A DNA stretch of 64,000 nt from an uncultured Dehalococcoidaceae bacterium (GCA_964500415.1 CAZCOB010000001.1:15204-79203); one strand, 5' to 3'; positions 48,979-58,959 are shown, counted from the stretch's first letter. Notes: generated by a model from the sequence alone, not told the origin. Translations and numbers: made by a program.

Positions 48979-50097
48979 TTGAAAGAGGACATTAAATACT
49001 GGGTAGGCTTCAACAGCATCCCCGGCATCGGACGTGTCAGGCTGTCCCAGCTTGAAGATTACTTCGGCGGGCTGGAGCAGGCCTGGAGGGCTTCCCCCGG
49101 CGAGCTGAAGCGCTCCGGAATCGATAGTATGGCTCTGCGGGCTATAAACCAGTGGCGTGATAAAATAGAACCTGACGAAGAGATGGAGAAGCTGGAAAAG
49201 TTCGGCATTAAGGTGCTTACCTGCAACGATTCTGCTTACCCGGGCCGACTCAAGGAGATATATGATTATCCTCCGGTGCTTTACCTGCGCGGCTTGCTAT
49301 TGCCGGAGGATGATTGGTGTGTGGCGGTGGTCGGCACCCGGCGGGCGACCGTCTACGGTAAACAGGTAACTGAAGAACTGGTAGCCGACCTTGCCCGAAA
49401 TAAAATTACCATCGTCAGTGGTCTGGCTAAAGGGATAGATACCATTGCTCACCGGAGCGCACTAGAGGCCGGTGGGCGTAGTCTGGCAGTCTTTGCCTGC
49501 GGACTCGATGTCGTCTATCCCTCCGAGAATGATAGGCTGGCTCGTGATATTATGAAACACGGCGCGCTACTCAGTGAATACCCTCTGGGTACCAGGCCTC
49601 GTGCAGAAAACTTTCCGCGCCGTAATCGGATTCTCAGCGGTCTGAGCCTGGGTGTTCTGATCACCGAGGCGGACGAGACCAGCGGTGCCATGATTACGGC
49701 CCGTATGGCGTTGGAGCAGAACCGGGAGGTATTCGCTATTCCCGGCAATATCCTCTCGCCGGTGAGTCGGGGTACCAATCACCTTATCCAGGATGGAGCC
49801 AAACTGGTGCGCGAATACACTGATATACTGGAGGAACTCAACTTGACGGCAGTAGCCCGACAGATGGAGATGCGGGAGATACTCCCTGAGTCTGGCACCG
49901 AGTCTGTCCTGCTCAAGCAGCTCAGCGCTGAACCGACCCATATAGATGAACTCTGCCGTAAGAGCGGGCTTCCGGCTGCGGAGGTCAGCGGCACACTGGC
50001 GATGATGGAGTTGAAGGGACTCGTCAAGCAAATGGGAACCATGAATTATGTCCTGGCGCGGGAATTGCGGCAGGAGTATCGAGTGAGAGTGGATTAG
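48979..50097 (+). CDS. dprA: DNA-processing protein DprA
   Basis: YPPVLY, AVVGTR, VSGLAKGID, FPRRNRILSG, SGAMITA; start placed at TTG 48979. Confidence 0.95.
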   Translation: MKEDIKYWVGFNSIPGIGRVRLSQLEDYFGGLEQAWRASPGELKRSGIDSMALRAINQWRDKIEPDEEMEKLEKFGIKVLTCNDSAYPGRLKEIYDYPPVLYLRGLLLPEDDWCVAVVGTRRATVYGKQVTEELVADLARNKITIVSGLAKGIDTIAHRSALEAGGRSLAVFACGLDVVYPSENDRLARDIMKHGALLSEYPLGTRPRAENFPRRNRILSGLSLGVLITEADETSGAMITARMALEQNREVFAIPGNILSPVSRGTNHLIQDGAKLVREYTDILEELNLTAVARQMEMREILPESGTESVLLKQLSAEPTHIDELCRKSGLPAAEVSGTLAMMELKGLVKQMGTMNYVLARELRQEYRVRVD

Positions 50098-50102
50098 AAA
50101 CT

Positions 50103-52199
50103 ATGAGCAAGAAACTGGTTATCGTGGAATCGCCGGCTAAAGCCAAAACACTGGGTAAAATTCTCGGGAAGAACTACAAGCTCAAGGCTTCACTCGGACA
50201 TGTAAGGGACCTGCCCCGGGGCCAGATGGGTGTGGACATAGAGAACGGATTTATTCCCAAGTACGTGGTGCCTAGAGCCAAGACCAAACTGGTCAATGAG
50301 TTAAAGCAGGCGGCTAAAGACGCTTCAGCCATATATCTGGCTACCGACCCCGACCGCGAAGGAGAGGCCATTGCCTGGCATTTGGCGGAGGTAGCCAGGA
50401 TCGAAAAGCGAAATTACCATCGCGTCGTCTTCCATGAGATAACTGAAGACGCCGTGAAATCGGCTTTTCAGAATCCCCGCACCATCGATATGCAGCTGGT
50501 GAATGCCCAGCAAGCGCGGCGTATCCTGGACAGGCTCGTTGGCTATAAAATCAGCCCGCTGCTCTGGCAGAAGGTCAGAAAACGCCTCTCCGCCGGCAGG
50601 GTGCAATCGGTAGCGGTTAAAATAATCGTCGACCGCGAGCGTGAAATACGGGCCTTCGTTCCTGAGGAATACTGGACCGTCGAGGCTGAACTTGAAAAGA
50701 AAAAAGAAAAACCTTCCTTCCGGGCAACATTAATCGGCCTCATCGATGGTAAAAAGCTTGATATTCATGCGCAAGAAGAAGCCGATAAGGTTAAAAGCGT
50801 GCTGGAGCAGTCAGCCTATGACGTGCTCAAGGTAAGCACTAAGAAGGCGACTCGCCAGCCGGCCCCGCCTTTTACTACCAGCACTTTACAGCAGGAAGCC
50901 TGGCGTAAGCTCCGCTTCACTGCCAAGCAGACCATGGCTATCGCCCAGCAGCTATACGAAGGCCTGCCGGTTGGCAATGAAGGCAATGTCGGCCTTATCA
51001 CCTATATGCGTACCGATTCCACCCGTGTGGCCAGTTCTGCTATCGGCGAGACCGTGGCCTTTATCCGTGAAAAATACGGTGCCAAATTCCTGCCTCCCCG
51101 CCCCCGCGCCTTCACCACCCGCACCAGGGGGGCGCAGGAAGCGCACGAGGCTATTCGCCCTACCAGGGTCAGCCGTGAGCCTGACTTTATTAAAAAATAT
51201 CTCAATAACAACCAGTTCAGATTGTATGACCTTATCTGGAAGCGGATGGTTGCCAGCCAGATGGCGGCGGCTTTATTTAATAATACTAACGTCGATATCA
51301 AGGCCAAGGACCACCGCGACTATTTGCTGAGAACGGCCGTCTCGGTCAATACCTTCCCCGGTTTCATGAGCCTTTACAGCGAGAGCAGGGACGAGGTCGA
51401 GGAGGAAGGTAGTAAGAATGCGCTCCCCCGTCTGGCAAAAGGTGATGAGCTTAAGCTCCTGGGTATATTCCCTAAGCAGCGTTTTACCCAGCCGCCGCCC
51501 CGCTATACCGAGGCAACGCTGGTGAAAATTCTAGAGCAAAACGGCATCGGCCGGCCCAGCACCTATGCGCCGACCATCTCCACGATTCAGGACCGGGAGT
51601 ACGTCACCAGGGTCAAGGGGGTCTTTCAGCCCACGGAACTGGGCATGGTGGTCAACGATTTACTCGTCCAGCATTTCCCCGACATCATAAATGTGAAGTT
51701 TACCGCCGGTATGGAGAACGAACTGGATAATATCGCCAGTAAGGGGCGTGAATGGCCGAGCGTCGTACAGGACTTTCATACTCCGTTTGAAAAAGACCTG
51801 CAAAAGGCGCTCAAGACGGCGGAGAAGGTTAAGCTGGCGGACGAGGAAACCGGCGACTCCTGCCCCAAGTGCGGTAAACCGCTGGTGGTTAAAGCGGGGC
51901 GCTTCGGGAAGTTTATCGCCTGCAGCGGCTACCCCGAGTGCCGGTATACGCAGTCGTACCAGATTAAAGTCGGGGCGAAATGCCCCAAGTGCGGCAAAGA
52001 AATCGTACAGAGGGTAAGCAAGAAGAAGCGGACTTTCTATGGTTGCAGCGGCTATCCCGACTGCGATTTCATTACCAGTTTTAGGCCGTTGACCCAGCCC
52101 TGCCCGCGGTGCGGCGGCCTGCTTACCCAGCACGGCAAACAGGCCTGGTGTGTCAAGTGCGAGTATAAGGGGAAGGTGGAAGAGGAAAAGGCGGGATAA
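50103..52199 (+). CDS. topA: DNA topoisomerase I
   Basis: IVESPAKAKT, LATDPDREGE, SAGRVQS, ITYMRTDS, C-terminal Zn ribbons. Confidence 0.97.
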   Translation: MSKKLVIVESPAKAKTLGKILGKNYKLKASLGHVRDLPRGQMGVDIENGFIPKYVVPRAKTKLVNELKQAAKDASAIYLATDPDREGEAIAWHLAEVARIEKRNYHRVVFHEITEDAVKSAFQNPRTIDMQLVNAQQARRILDRLVGYKISPLLWQKVRKRLSAGRVQSVAVKIIVDREREIRAFVPEEYWTVEAELEKKKEKPSFRATLIGLIDGKKLDIHAQEEADKVKSVLEQSAYDVLKVSTKKATRQPAPPFTTSTLQQEAWRKLRFTAKQTMAIAQQLYEGLPVGNEGNVGLITYMRTDSTRVASSAIGETVAFIREKYGAKFLPPRPRAFTTRTRGAQEAHEAIRPTRVSREPDFIKKYLNNNQFRLYDLIWKRMVASQMAAALFNNTNVDIKAKDHRDYLLRTAVSVNTFPGFMSLYSESRDEVEEEGSKNALPRLAKGDELKLLGIFPKQRFTQPPPRYTEATLVKILEQNGIGRPSTYAPTISTIQDREYVTRVKGVFQPTELGMVVNDLLVQHFPDIINVKFTAGMENELDNIASKGREWPSVVQDFHTPFEKDLQKALKTAEKVKLADEETGDSCPKCGKPLVVKAGRFGKFIACSGYPECRYTQSYQIKVGAKCPKCGKEIVQRVSKKKRTFYGCSGYPDCDFITSFRPLTQPCPRCGGLLTQHGKQAWCVKCEYKGKVEEEKAG

Positions 52200-52356
52200 G
52201 CGGCGGGTGATGCGGGGGTAGCCTGGGTGGGTGAATGAAAATCCCCCTTTTATCCCCCTTTTCCAAAGGGGGAAACTGGGAAGGGAAACCTGCGGGATAA
52301 GCCGCAGATGATGCGAGGGCGGACTGGGTGGGAAAAGATAAGAAAAGAGGGGAAGT
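52191..52356 (+). repeat. Truncated composite repeat R1
   Basis: Two GGGATAAG..GGGTGGG units flanking an AAAATCCCCC..CCTTTTCCAAAGGGGG hairpin; supplies the topA stop codon. Confidence 0.75.
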
Positions 52357-52391
52357 ATGGAAAGGTAAAGGGCTGGTCGCAGGATAGAACT

Positions 52392-53357
52392 ATGCAGCAG
52401 GTCTTCAGCAAGTACATCGCGTTTCTGGAGGCGGAGAAGAACGCCTCTGCGTATACGGTGAGGAACTATACCAACGACCTGATGGAGTTCTTCGGCTTCG
52501 TCAGGGACAAGGGAATAGAGTCGCTCAGGGACGTTAACAAGCAGACGCTGCGCGACTATATGGCGTACCTGATGGCGCAGGGTAAGGCCAAGTCCAGCAT
52601 CGCCCGGAAACTCTCGGCGATACGCTCTTTTTATCGTTACCTGATGCGGGAAGAAATGATAGCGGCCAGTCCCGCCGCGACGACTGTCTCACCAAAGCTG
52701 GACCGACGCCTGCCCTCTTTTCTGACCGTGGAGGAAGCCAAGCGCCTGGTGGAATCGCCCGACCTCTCCAAGGCGCCCGGTCAGCGCGACCGCGCCCTGC
52801 TGGAGCTTTTATACGCGTCCGGCCTGCGGGTAAGCGAGCTGGTGAACATAAACGTAGAGGAAGTGAACCTGGCGACAAATGAAATACGTGTCTGGGGCAA
52901 AGGCTCCAAGGAAAGAGTGGTGCTCATCGGCACTCCGGCGGCGCGGGCGTTAACGAGTTATATCGATAAAGGCAGGCGGGAACTGCTCGGAGGTAAAAAG
53001 AACAACGCCCTATTTTTGAATCGCTACGGCGAGCGCCTGCCGGCCCGGCGGGTACAGAAAATACTTCAAAAATATGCCCGGAATATCAATAAAAAAGTGC
53101 ACCCGCACGTACTGCGCCACACCTTCGCCACGCATCTCCTCGACGGCGGGGCGGACTTAAAGGTCGTCCAGGAGCTGCTGGGACACGCCGACCTACAGAG
53201 CACGCAGATTTACACGCACGTAACGCAGAGTCGGGCGCGCAAGATATACCTCGCCGCCCACCCGATGGCGCGGGAAAAGGGTCTGGATTCTGGCCTTCGC
53301 CAGAATGACATGACTGACCATCCGATGGCGCGGGGAGACATTGGTAAACATGAATAG
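52392..53357 (+). CDS. xerC: Tyrosine recombinase XerC/XerD
   Basis: SGLRVSEL, GKGSKER, HPHVLRHTFATHLL, LLGH, TQIYT; dprA-topA-xer synteny. Confidence 0.9.
   Translation: MQQVFSKYIAFLEAEKNASAYTVRNYTNDLMEFFGFVRDKGIESLRDVNKQTLRDYMAYLMAQGKAKSSIARKLSAIRSFYRYLMREEMIAASPAATTVSPKLDRRLPSFLTVEEAKRLVESPDLSKAPGQRDRALLELLYASGLRVSELVNINVEEVNLATNEIRVWGKGSKERVVLIGTPAARALTSYIDKGRRELLGGKKNNALFLNRYGERLPARRVQKILQKYARNINKKVHPHVLRHTFATHLLDGGADLKVVQELLGHADLQSTQIYTHVTQSRARKIYLAAHPMAREKGLDSGLRQNDMTDHPMARGDIGKHE
53258..53334 (+). repeat. REP-like hairpin flanked by a 17-bp direct repeat inside the xerC 3' end
   Basis: CTGGATTCTGGCCTTCGCCAGAATGAC at 53283-53309 between CCA[C/T]CCGATGGCGCGGG copies 60 bp apart. Confidence 0.85.
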
Positions 53358-54426
53358 TCGACTGGAAAAGTTACGCAACGAGTTTGACGCAAGGGAAATC
53401 GATGCTATCTTTATTACGCAGGCGGAAAATCGCCGATATCTTTCCGGGTTCGACGGCACGGCCGGCTATCTGCTGATTACCCGGAAGAAAGCGGTTCTGG
53501 CCACGGACTTTCGCTATACCGAGCAGGCTGCCGGGGAGGCGCCAGATTTTGAGATTTTACATATCGGCGGCAAAATCGCCGACTGGTTGCCCGGTCTGTT
53601 ACATGATGCGGGTATCAAAAGACCGGGGTTTGAGGCAGCCGACATTACGTTTAATTTCTACCTCCAGTTGAGCGATGCCCTGAAAGAGAAAAAAGCTACC
53701 GTCAGGCTCGTCCCCGTAAGCGGGCTGGTGGAATCGTTGCGGGCAGTCAAAGAGCCGGGAGAAATCGAATTCATCAGGAAGGCGGCGGCCATCAGCGATG
53801 CCGCCTTTGAATATGTAGAAGCGACGATGAAGGCCGGCATGACGGAAAAGCACGTGGCCTGGGAACTGGAGAAAAGCATGCGTGAAAACGGGAGCCAGTC
53901 GCTGCCCTTCGAAATAATCGTCGCTTCCGGCCCTCAGGCAGCCCTGCCCCATGCCAAGCCTACGGACCGGGTCGTTAAAGAAGGCGAGCCAATATTGATA
54001 GACATGGGGGCGAAATACGGTGGCTATGCCAGCGACCTCAGCCGGACTATATGTATCGGAGCTCCCGATGATAAATATAAAGAAATATACCGCACCGTCC
54101 TTGACGCGCAGGCGGCGGCAATGTCTATAATAAATACGGGAACGACCGGCCACCAGGCCGATAGCGCCGCCAGGGGAACTATCGAAGAGGCTGGCTACGG
54201 CGAGGCCTTCGGACACGCGCTGGGACACGGCGTCGGCCTGGCCGCTCACGAACTGCCCCGCCTCGGCCCCGGCGCGGAGGAGCCGCTAACCGAGGGTATG
54301 GTGTTCACCGTGGAGCCGGGTATTTACCTGTCCGGGTGGGGAGGCGTCAGGATTGAAGACACTGTCGTAATGAAGAGCGGGAAGGCCATAGCGCTCTCTA
54401 AAGCTAGAAAGGCGAGGTATGATTAA
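53350..54426 (+). CDS. Xaa-Pro aminopeptidase (M24)
   Basis: YLSGFDG, DFRY, DMGA..SDLSRT, HALGHGVG, TVEPGIY, RIEDT. Confidence 0.93.
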   Translation: MNSRLEKLRNEFDAREIDAIFITQAENRRYLSGFDGTAGYLLITRKKAVLATDFRYTEQAAGEAPDFEILHIGGKIADWLPGLLHDAGIKRPGFEAADITFNFYLQLSDALKEKKATVRLVPVSGLVESLRAVKEPGEIEFIRKAAAISDAAFEYVEATMKAGMTEKHVAWELEKSMRENGSQSLPFEIIVASGPQAALPHAKPTDRVVKEGEPILIDMGAKYGGYASDLSRTICIGAPDDKYKEIYRTVLDAQAAAMSIINTGTTGHQADSAARGTIEEAGYGEAFGHALGHGVGLAAHELPRLGPGAEEPLTEGMVFTVEPGIYLSGWGGVRIEDTVVMKSGKAIALSKARKARYD

Positions 54427-54976
54427 CGCAACGGAGTTGAGGAAAGGGGTTCTTATCGAATTCGAAGGCAAGCTTTACCAGGTCGTCGAGCACCAGCATG
54501 TCAAGATGAAGCGGACGGCCCTGGCGAAGGTGAAACTCCGTGATATCAATGCCGGCCATACCATCGAACGTTCCTTCCAGTCGGACGACAGGCTCGTCCG
54601 GGCGCGCCTCGACGAGCGGCAGATGCAGTACCTCTACAACGACGGCAACCTGTACTATTTCATGGACCAGGAGAACTTCGAGCAGATGCCCCTGACAAAG
54701 GAACAGCTCGGCGACGCGCTCGACTACCTTAAAGAAGGCAATACCGTGGAGGTATCCAACTATAAAGGCGAGGTGGTGGGGGTCACGATGCCGATTACCG
54801 TGGAGCTCGAAGTAGCGGAGACAGATCCCGGCTTCAAGGGAGACACCGCCACCGCCGGTACGAAACCGGCCAGGCTGGAGACCGGCCTGACGATACAGGT
54901 TCCCCTGTTCATCAACGAAGGCGATGTGCTCAAGGTGGACACGCGTACCGGAACCTATCTGGAGAGGAGGGGTTGA
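54419..54976 (+). CDS. efp: Elongation factor P
   Basis: PGFKGDTA, KPARLETG, VPLFI, VDTRTGTY; tip loop VKMKR32TA. Confidence 0.96.
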   Translation: MINATELRKGVLIEFEGKLYQVVEHQHVKMKRTALAKVKLRDINAGHTIERSFQSDDRLVRARLDERQMQYLYNDGNLYYFMDQENFEQMPLTKEQLGDALDYLKEGNTVEVSNYKGEVVGVTMPITVELEVAETDPGFKGDTATAGTKPARLETGLTIQVPLFINEGDVLKVDTRTGTYLERRG

Positions 54977-54983
54977 GACTGCT

Positions 54984-55640
54984 ATGCTGAAAGCCGACCT
55001 TCATATCCATACCATGTTCTCCATGGACTGCAGTACGCCCCTGGAAAAGATAGTCCAGCGCTGTCAGGAACTGAAAATCAATTGTATTGCCATAGCCGAC
55101 CACGGCATCGTCGATGGCGCCCTGATGATGCAGAAACTGGCCCCGTTCAGGGTTATCGTCGCCGAGGAAATCCTGACCACCCAGGGCGAAATCATGGGCA
55201 TGTTCCTGAAAGAGACCATACCCGGCGGCCTGACTCCCCAGGAGACGATTAAACGTATCCGGGCCCAGGGTGGGCTGGTCAACATCCCGCATCCCTTCGA
55301 AACAATGCGCGGTTCCGCGTTGAAGGACTGGGCTATCGAAGAGATAGTCGGTGACATCGACCTCATGGAAGTGCTCAACTCAAGGAGTCCTTTCCCGGCC
55401 AATACCGAGAAAGCCAGGGCTTTTGCCGGGAAACACGGCATACCCGGAAGTGCCGGCAGCGATGCTCATACGGTTTACGAAATAGGAAACGCCTATGTCG
55501 AGATGCCCGAGTTCAATAATAAAGATGATTTTCTCAAGTCCCTGGCCCAGGGTAAAATTCAGGGGAGGCGGTCGAGTGTATTTGTGCGTCTTTTCAGCAC
55601 CTGGGCCAAAGTGAAATCGCAGTACCTCAGAAGGAGGTAG
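54984..55640 (+). CDS. PHP domain protein
   Basis: DLHIHT, IADH, HPF, GSDAH. Confidence 0.88.
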   Translation: MLKADLHIHTMFSMDCSTPLEKIVQRCQELKINCIAIADHGIVDGALMMQKLAPFRVIVAEEILTTQGEIMGMFLKETIPGGLTPQETIKRIRAQGGLVNIPHPFETMRGSALKDWAIEEIVGDIDLMEVLNSRSPFPANTEKARAFAGKHGIPGSAGSDAHTVYEIGNAYVEMPEFNNKDDFLKSLAQGKIQGRRSSVFVRLFSTWAKVKSQYLRRR

Positions 55641-55642
55641 CC

Positions 55643-56476
55643 GTGAGTAACCGCTATAAAGTCGGCTGGTTTTCCACCGGGAGGGGGTCAGGTTCGCGGG
55701 GACTTTTACAGACGGTCCAGGAAAGTATTATCGCCGGAGAACTCGACACAGAACTAGAGTTCGTTTTTTGCAGTCGTGAATGGGGTGAGACGGAAGCCAC
55801 CGACCAGTACCTGACGATGGTGGAGGAATACGGCATACCCCTGGTCAGATTTTCCTACCAGATGTATAAAGCGGTGAGGGATATGCCCAATCCCGAACCG
55901 GCTCAGCCCCTGCCGCAGTGGCGAATCGACTACGATAGAGAGGTCATGAAACGGCTGGAGGGTTTTCATCCAGACCTGTGTGTTCTGGCGGGTTTCATGC
56001 TGATAACCGGCCCGGAGATGTGTGAAAAATACGATATTATCAACCTGCACCCGGCGGCGCCCGACGGCCCGGCCGGCACCTGGCAGCAGGTAATCTGGAA
56101 GCTGATAGAGACCGGGGCGGAGGTGCAGGGGGTGAAGATGCACGTGGCCATACCGGAACTGGACATGGGCCCTACGGCCACGTATTGCACGTTCCCGATA
56201 CGCGGGGAGGCCTACGACGGGGGGTGGGAGGAAATCAGGGGGAAAACGGTGGAGGATGTGAAGAAGGAACAGGGTGTGGAGAACGTGCTGTTCAAGACCA
56301 TACGGGAGCACGGCGCCATACGCGAATTGCCGCTGATGGTGGCCACCATCAGGGCTTTCAGCCGGGGTAAGGTGAAAATATCGAAAGACTGGCAGGTGGT
56401 TGACGCTGCTGGCCGTGTTATCAAGGGTTATGACCTTACCGCCGAGATTGACGAGATGGTGAAGGGCGAGCTTTAG
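55643..56476 (+). CDS. purN: Phosphoribosylglycinamide formyltransferase-like protein
   Basis: GWFSTGRGS, VLAGFM, IINLHPA, ELDMGP. Confidence 0.75.
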   Translation: MSNRYKVGWFSTGRGSGSRGLLQTVQESIIAGELDTELEFVFCSREWGETEATDQYLTMVEEYGIPLVRFSYQMYKAVRDMPNPEPAQPLPQWRIDYDREVMKRLEGFHPDLCVLAGFMLITGPEMCEKYDIINLHPAAPDGPAGTWQQVIWKLIETGAEVQGVKMHVAIPELDMGPTATYCTFPIRGEAYDGGWEEIRGKTVEDVKKEQGVENVLFKTIREHGAIRELPLMVATIRAFSRGKVKISKDWQVVDAAGRVIKGYDLTAEIDEMVKGEL

Positions 56477-56517
56477 TCAATATTTTCATAAATTTTAGCC
56501 TAAGTAGAACAATGTGC

Positions 56518-56957
56518 TAGCCTCATCCCCTGTGTCCCCCTCAAGGGAAAATTCTAAGCACTAAACTGGCTGGTGAACCTATCCCCCTATGTCCCCCTTC
56601 CCTTGAGGATTATTGAAGGGAAGGGGGAGTAATTTGAAATAGGGGCTTCGCCCCTCTTAGACGCCCCGTTTGGGGGTGGGGGTAAAGACTGAGGGATAAG
56701 ACAATGAAAATCCCTCTTAGTCGCCCCTTTTTCAAATGGGGAAACTGTATATCACCCTCACCCTAGCCCTCTCCCATCAATGGAGAGGGGAATATAATAC
56801 GGGATAAGCCGAGGATGATACTGGGCGGCCTGGGTGGGAAGAGATAACAGGCGAGGGGTGGGGCGTATAGGTACGTTACCCACCCCACCACGAGATTCTT
56901 CGCTGCGCTCAGAATGACAGAGGGGAAGTACTGGATTCTGGCCTCCGCCAGAATGAC
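56518..56957 (+). repeat. Composite multi-hairpin repeat R3
   Basis: Ordered hairpin modules shared with R4; see findings. Confidence 0.8.
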
Positions 56958-56970
56958 AGTTATGAATAGC

Positions 56971-57606
56971 TTATTTCTTTGTTTTTTTGGGCTTCGCCTC
57001 TTTTTCATCGGCGGGTTTGGCCAATATCTCATCGATGATGCCGTATTCCGCTGCCTGCTCGGGGTTGAGATAGAAATCGCGGTCGGTGTCGTGGGTTATC
57101 TTGTCCAGAGGTTGGCCGGTATGCCTGACGAATATGTCCTTGATGATATCCTGCTGCCGCATGATTTCACGGGCGGCAATGACCATATCCGCCGCTTGCC
57201 CCTGGACACCGCTACTGGCCTGGTGCATGTGGATGGTGGCGTGGGGGAGGGCGTAACGCTTTCCCTCGGCTCCGGCACAAAGTAAAACAGTGGCCATGCT
57301 GGCTGACATGCCCACGCAGATGGTGGAAACACTGGGGCGGATGAGCTGCATGGTATCGTAGATGGCCAGTCCGGCGCTGATAACGCCGCCCGGACTCTGG
57401 ATATACATGCTGATGTCCTTATCCGGGTCTTCGCGTTCCAGATAGAGAAGCTGGGCAATCAGGGTATTGGCTACGGGGTCGGAAATGGGGGTGAAGAGCA
57501 TAACGATACGTTCTTTCAGGAGCAGGGAATATATATCCCAGAACCTTTCACCCCTCGGGCCGGTTTCGACCACACCGGGTATGATATTCGCTGGTAGATT
57601 ATTCAT
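56971..57606 (-). CDS. clpP: ATP-dependent Clp protease proteolytic subunit
   Basis: DIYSLLLKERI, SPGG, SASM (Ser), HQ, DRD. Confidence 0.96.
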   Translation of the reverse strand: MNNLPANIIPGVVETGPRGERFWDIYSLLLKERIVMLFTPISDPVANTLIAQLLYLEREDPDKDISMYIQSPGGVISAGLAIYDTMQLIRPSVSTICVGMSASMATVLLCAGAEGKRYALPHATIHMHQASSGVQGQAADMVIAAREIMRQQDIIKDIFVRHTGQPLDKITHDTDRDFYLNPEQAAEYGIIDEILAKPADEKEAKPKKTKK

Positions 57607-58943
57607 TTTTCTTCCTCCTTTTTGGTCTTCTTCTCCACCTTTGTCTTTTTCTTAGGGTCTCCGTTAGTTTTAGCTATATCGGTCATTCTTTCTATGGTCT
57701 TGCGGGTCTTTAACGACTGCTTAATCGATTCGCGGGTTTGAGGGGTGTCCAGCATTTTTCGAAGTTCATCTATTTTATCATCTCCCGCGCCCCGCGTCAT
57801 ATTACTAATTCCATTTTCAATGTCTGTCTCGGTGATTTCAATCTTCTCCGCCTCGGCGATTTTGCTCATTACCAGAGAGGCGGCTACGTTTTTCGTCGCT
57901 ACCGGGCGTAGTTCTTCACGGAGCTGCTCCGCCGTCTTATTGATACTTTGCAGGTACTCGTCCATACCCCGCCCCGTCATTTGCAGCTGCCTTACCTGCT
58001 CGTTAAGAATACGGTTAATTTCCATCTCCACCAGGACCGGCGGATATTCAACACTTGACCGCTCGACAGCGGTATTGATAACCTTTTCCTCAAATTCCAT
58101 CCTGGTGTTTTCTTCGGCCCTCAGCTGCAGGCTTTTGGCGATTTCCTCGCGGAGCGTATCAACCGTCTTAAAGTCGGGAGAGACCTGACCGGCGAACTCG
58201 TCGTTGAGTTCCGGGAGCTTCTCTTCCTTGATTTCAGTAAGTTTAACTTTAAAATGGCCTTCCTTACCGGCTACGTTGTTGTTGGGGTAGTCCCCGGGAA
58301 AGCTGAGGTTAAATTCCTTCTCCTCTTCATTCTTCATGCCGACTACCTGGTCGGAAAATCCAGGCGCGGGGGATATCAGTTCTTTCAGTACCTGAATCTG
58401 GGCGCCAACTTTCTGGACATAGGGCTTCTCATCGACCATGCCGTTAATATCGATAATAGCCATATCATTGTAGTCGAGCGCCCTGTCGACGGGTTCCCAG
58501 ATGGCGTGCTGGTGGCGCAGCTCTTCGAAAACAGCATTGACCTTCTCATCCGTTATGTCAACCGGGTCAGGCGTTATCCGGATATCCCGGTAGTCACCAA
58601 GCTCCACCGTGGGCGACAGAGGCACGACAGCCTTGAATATCAGGGGGTCGGTCTGGGTTATCTCCAGGTCCGGCTGGGCGAAGGGTTCTATTTCCTGCTC
58701 CTTGAGGGCCTGCTCGTAGGCCTGGGGCAGCAGGTGGTCGAGCGCCTCTTCGAGGAGCCTGGGTTTGCCCAGGTGGCGTTCCACTATCGCTCGCGGCGCT
58801 TTCCCCTTGCGGAATCCGGGGATGCTGGTTTTTTGCACCAGGTTGTGATAGGCATGCTGCAGGGATGATTCCATTTCGGCAGGCTCCATCTCGACGGTTA
58901 TATATGCCTGACGGTTCTCCTCTTTTTCTTTCGTAACTTTCAA
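57603..58943 (-). CDS. tig: Trigger factor
   Basis: IPGFRKGKAP, PGFSDQVVGM, FPGDY. Confidence 0.96.
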   Translation of the reverse strand: MKVTKEKEENRQAYITVEMEPAEMESSLQHAYHNLVQKTSIPGFRKGKAPRAIVERHLGKPRLLEEALDHLLPQAYEQALKEQEIEPFAQPDLEITQTDPLIFKAVVPLSPTVELGDYRDIRITPDPVDITDEKVNAVFEELRHQHAIWEPVDRALDYNDMAIIDINGMVDEKPYVQKVGAQIQVLKELISPAPGFSDQVVGMKNEEEKEFNLSFPGDYPNNNVAGKEGHFKVKLTEIKEEKLPELNDEFAGQVSPDFKTVDTLREEIAKSLQLRAEENTRMEFEEKVINTAVERSSVEYPPVLVEMEINRILNEQVRQLQMTGRGMDEYLQSINKTAEQLREELRPVATKNVAASLVMSKIAEAEKIEITETDIENGISNMTRGAGDDKIDELRKMLDTPQTRESIKQSLKTRKTIERMTDIAKTNGDPKKKTKVEKKTKKEEEK

Positions 58944-58959
58944 ATTCCCTCCCGATTAG

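Noticed and set aside
52392-53357. Tyrosine recombinase as the integrase of the accessory region
   Set aside because: XerC/D-like size and motifs in housekeeping dprA-topA-xer synteny
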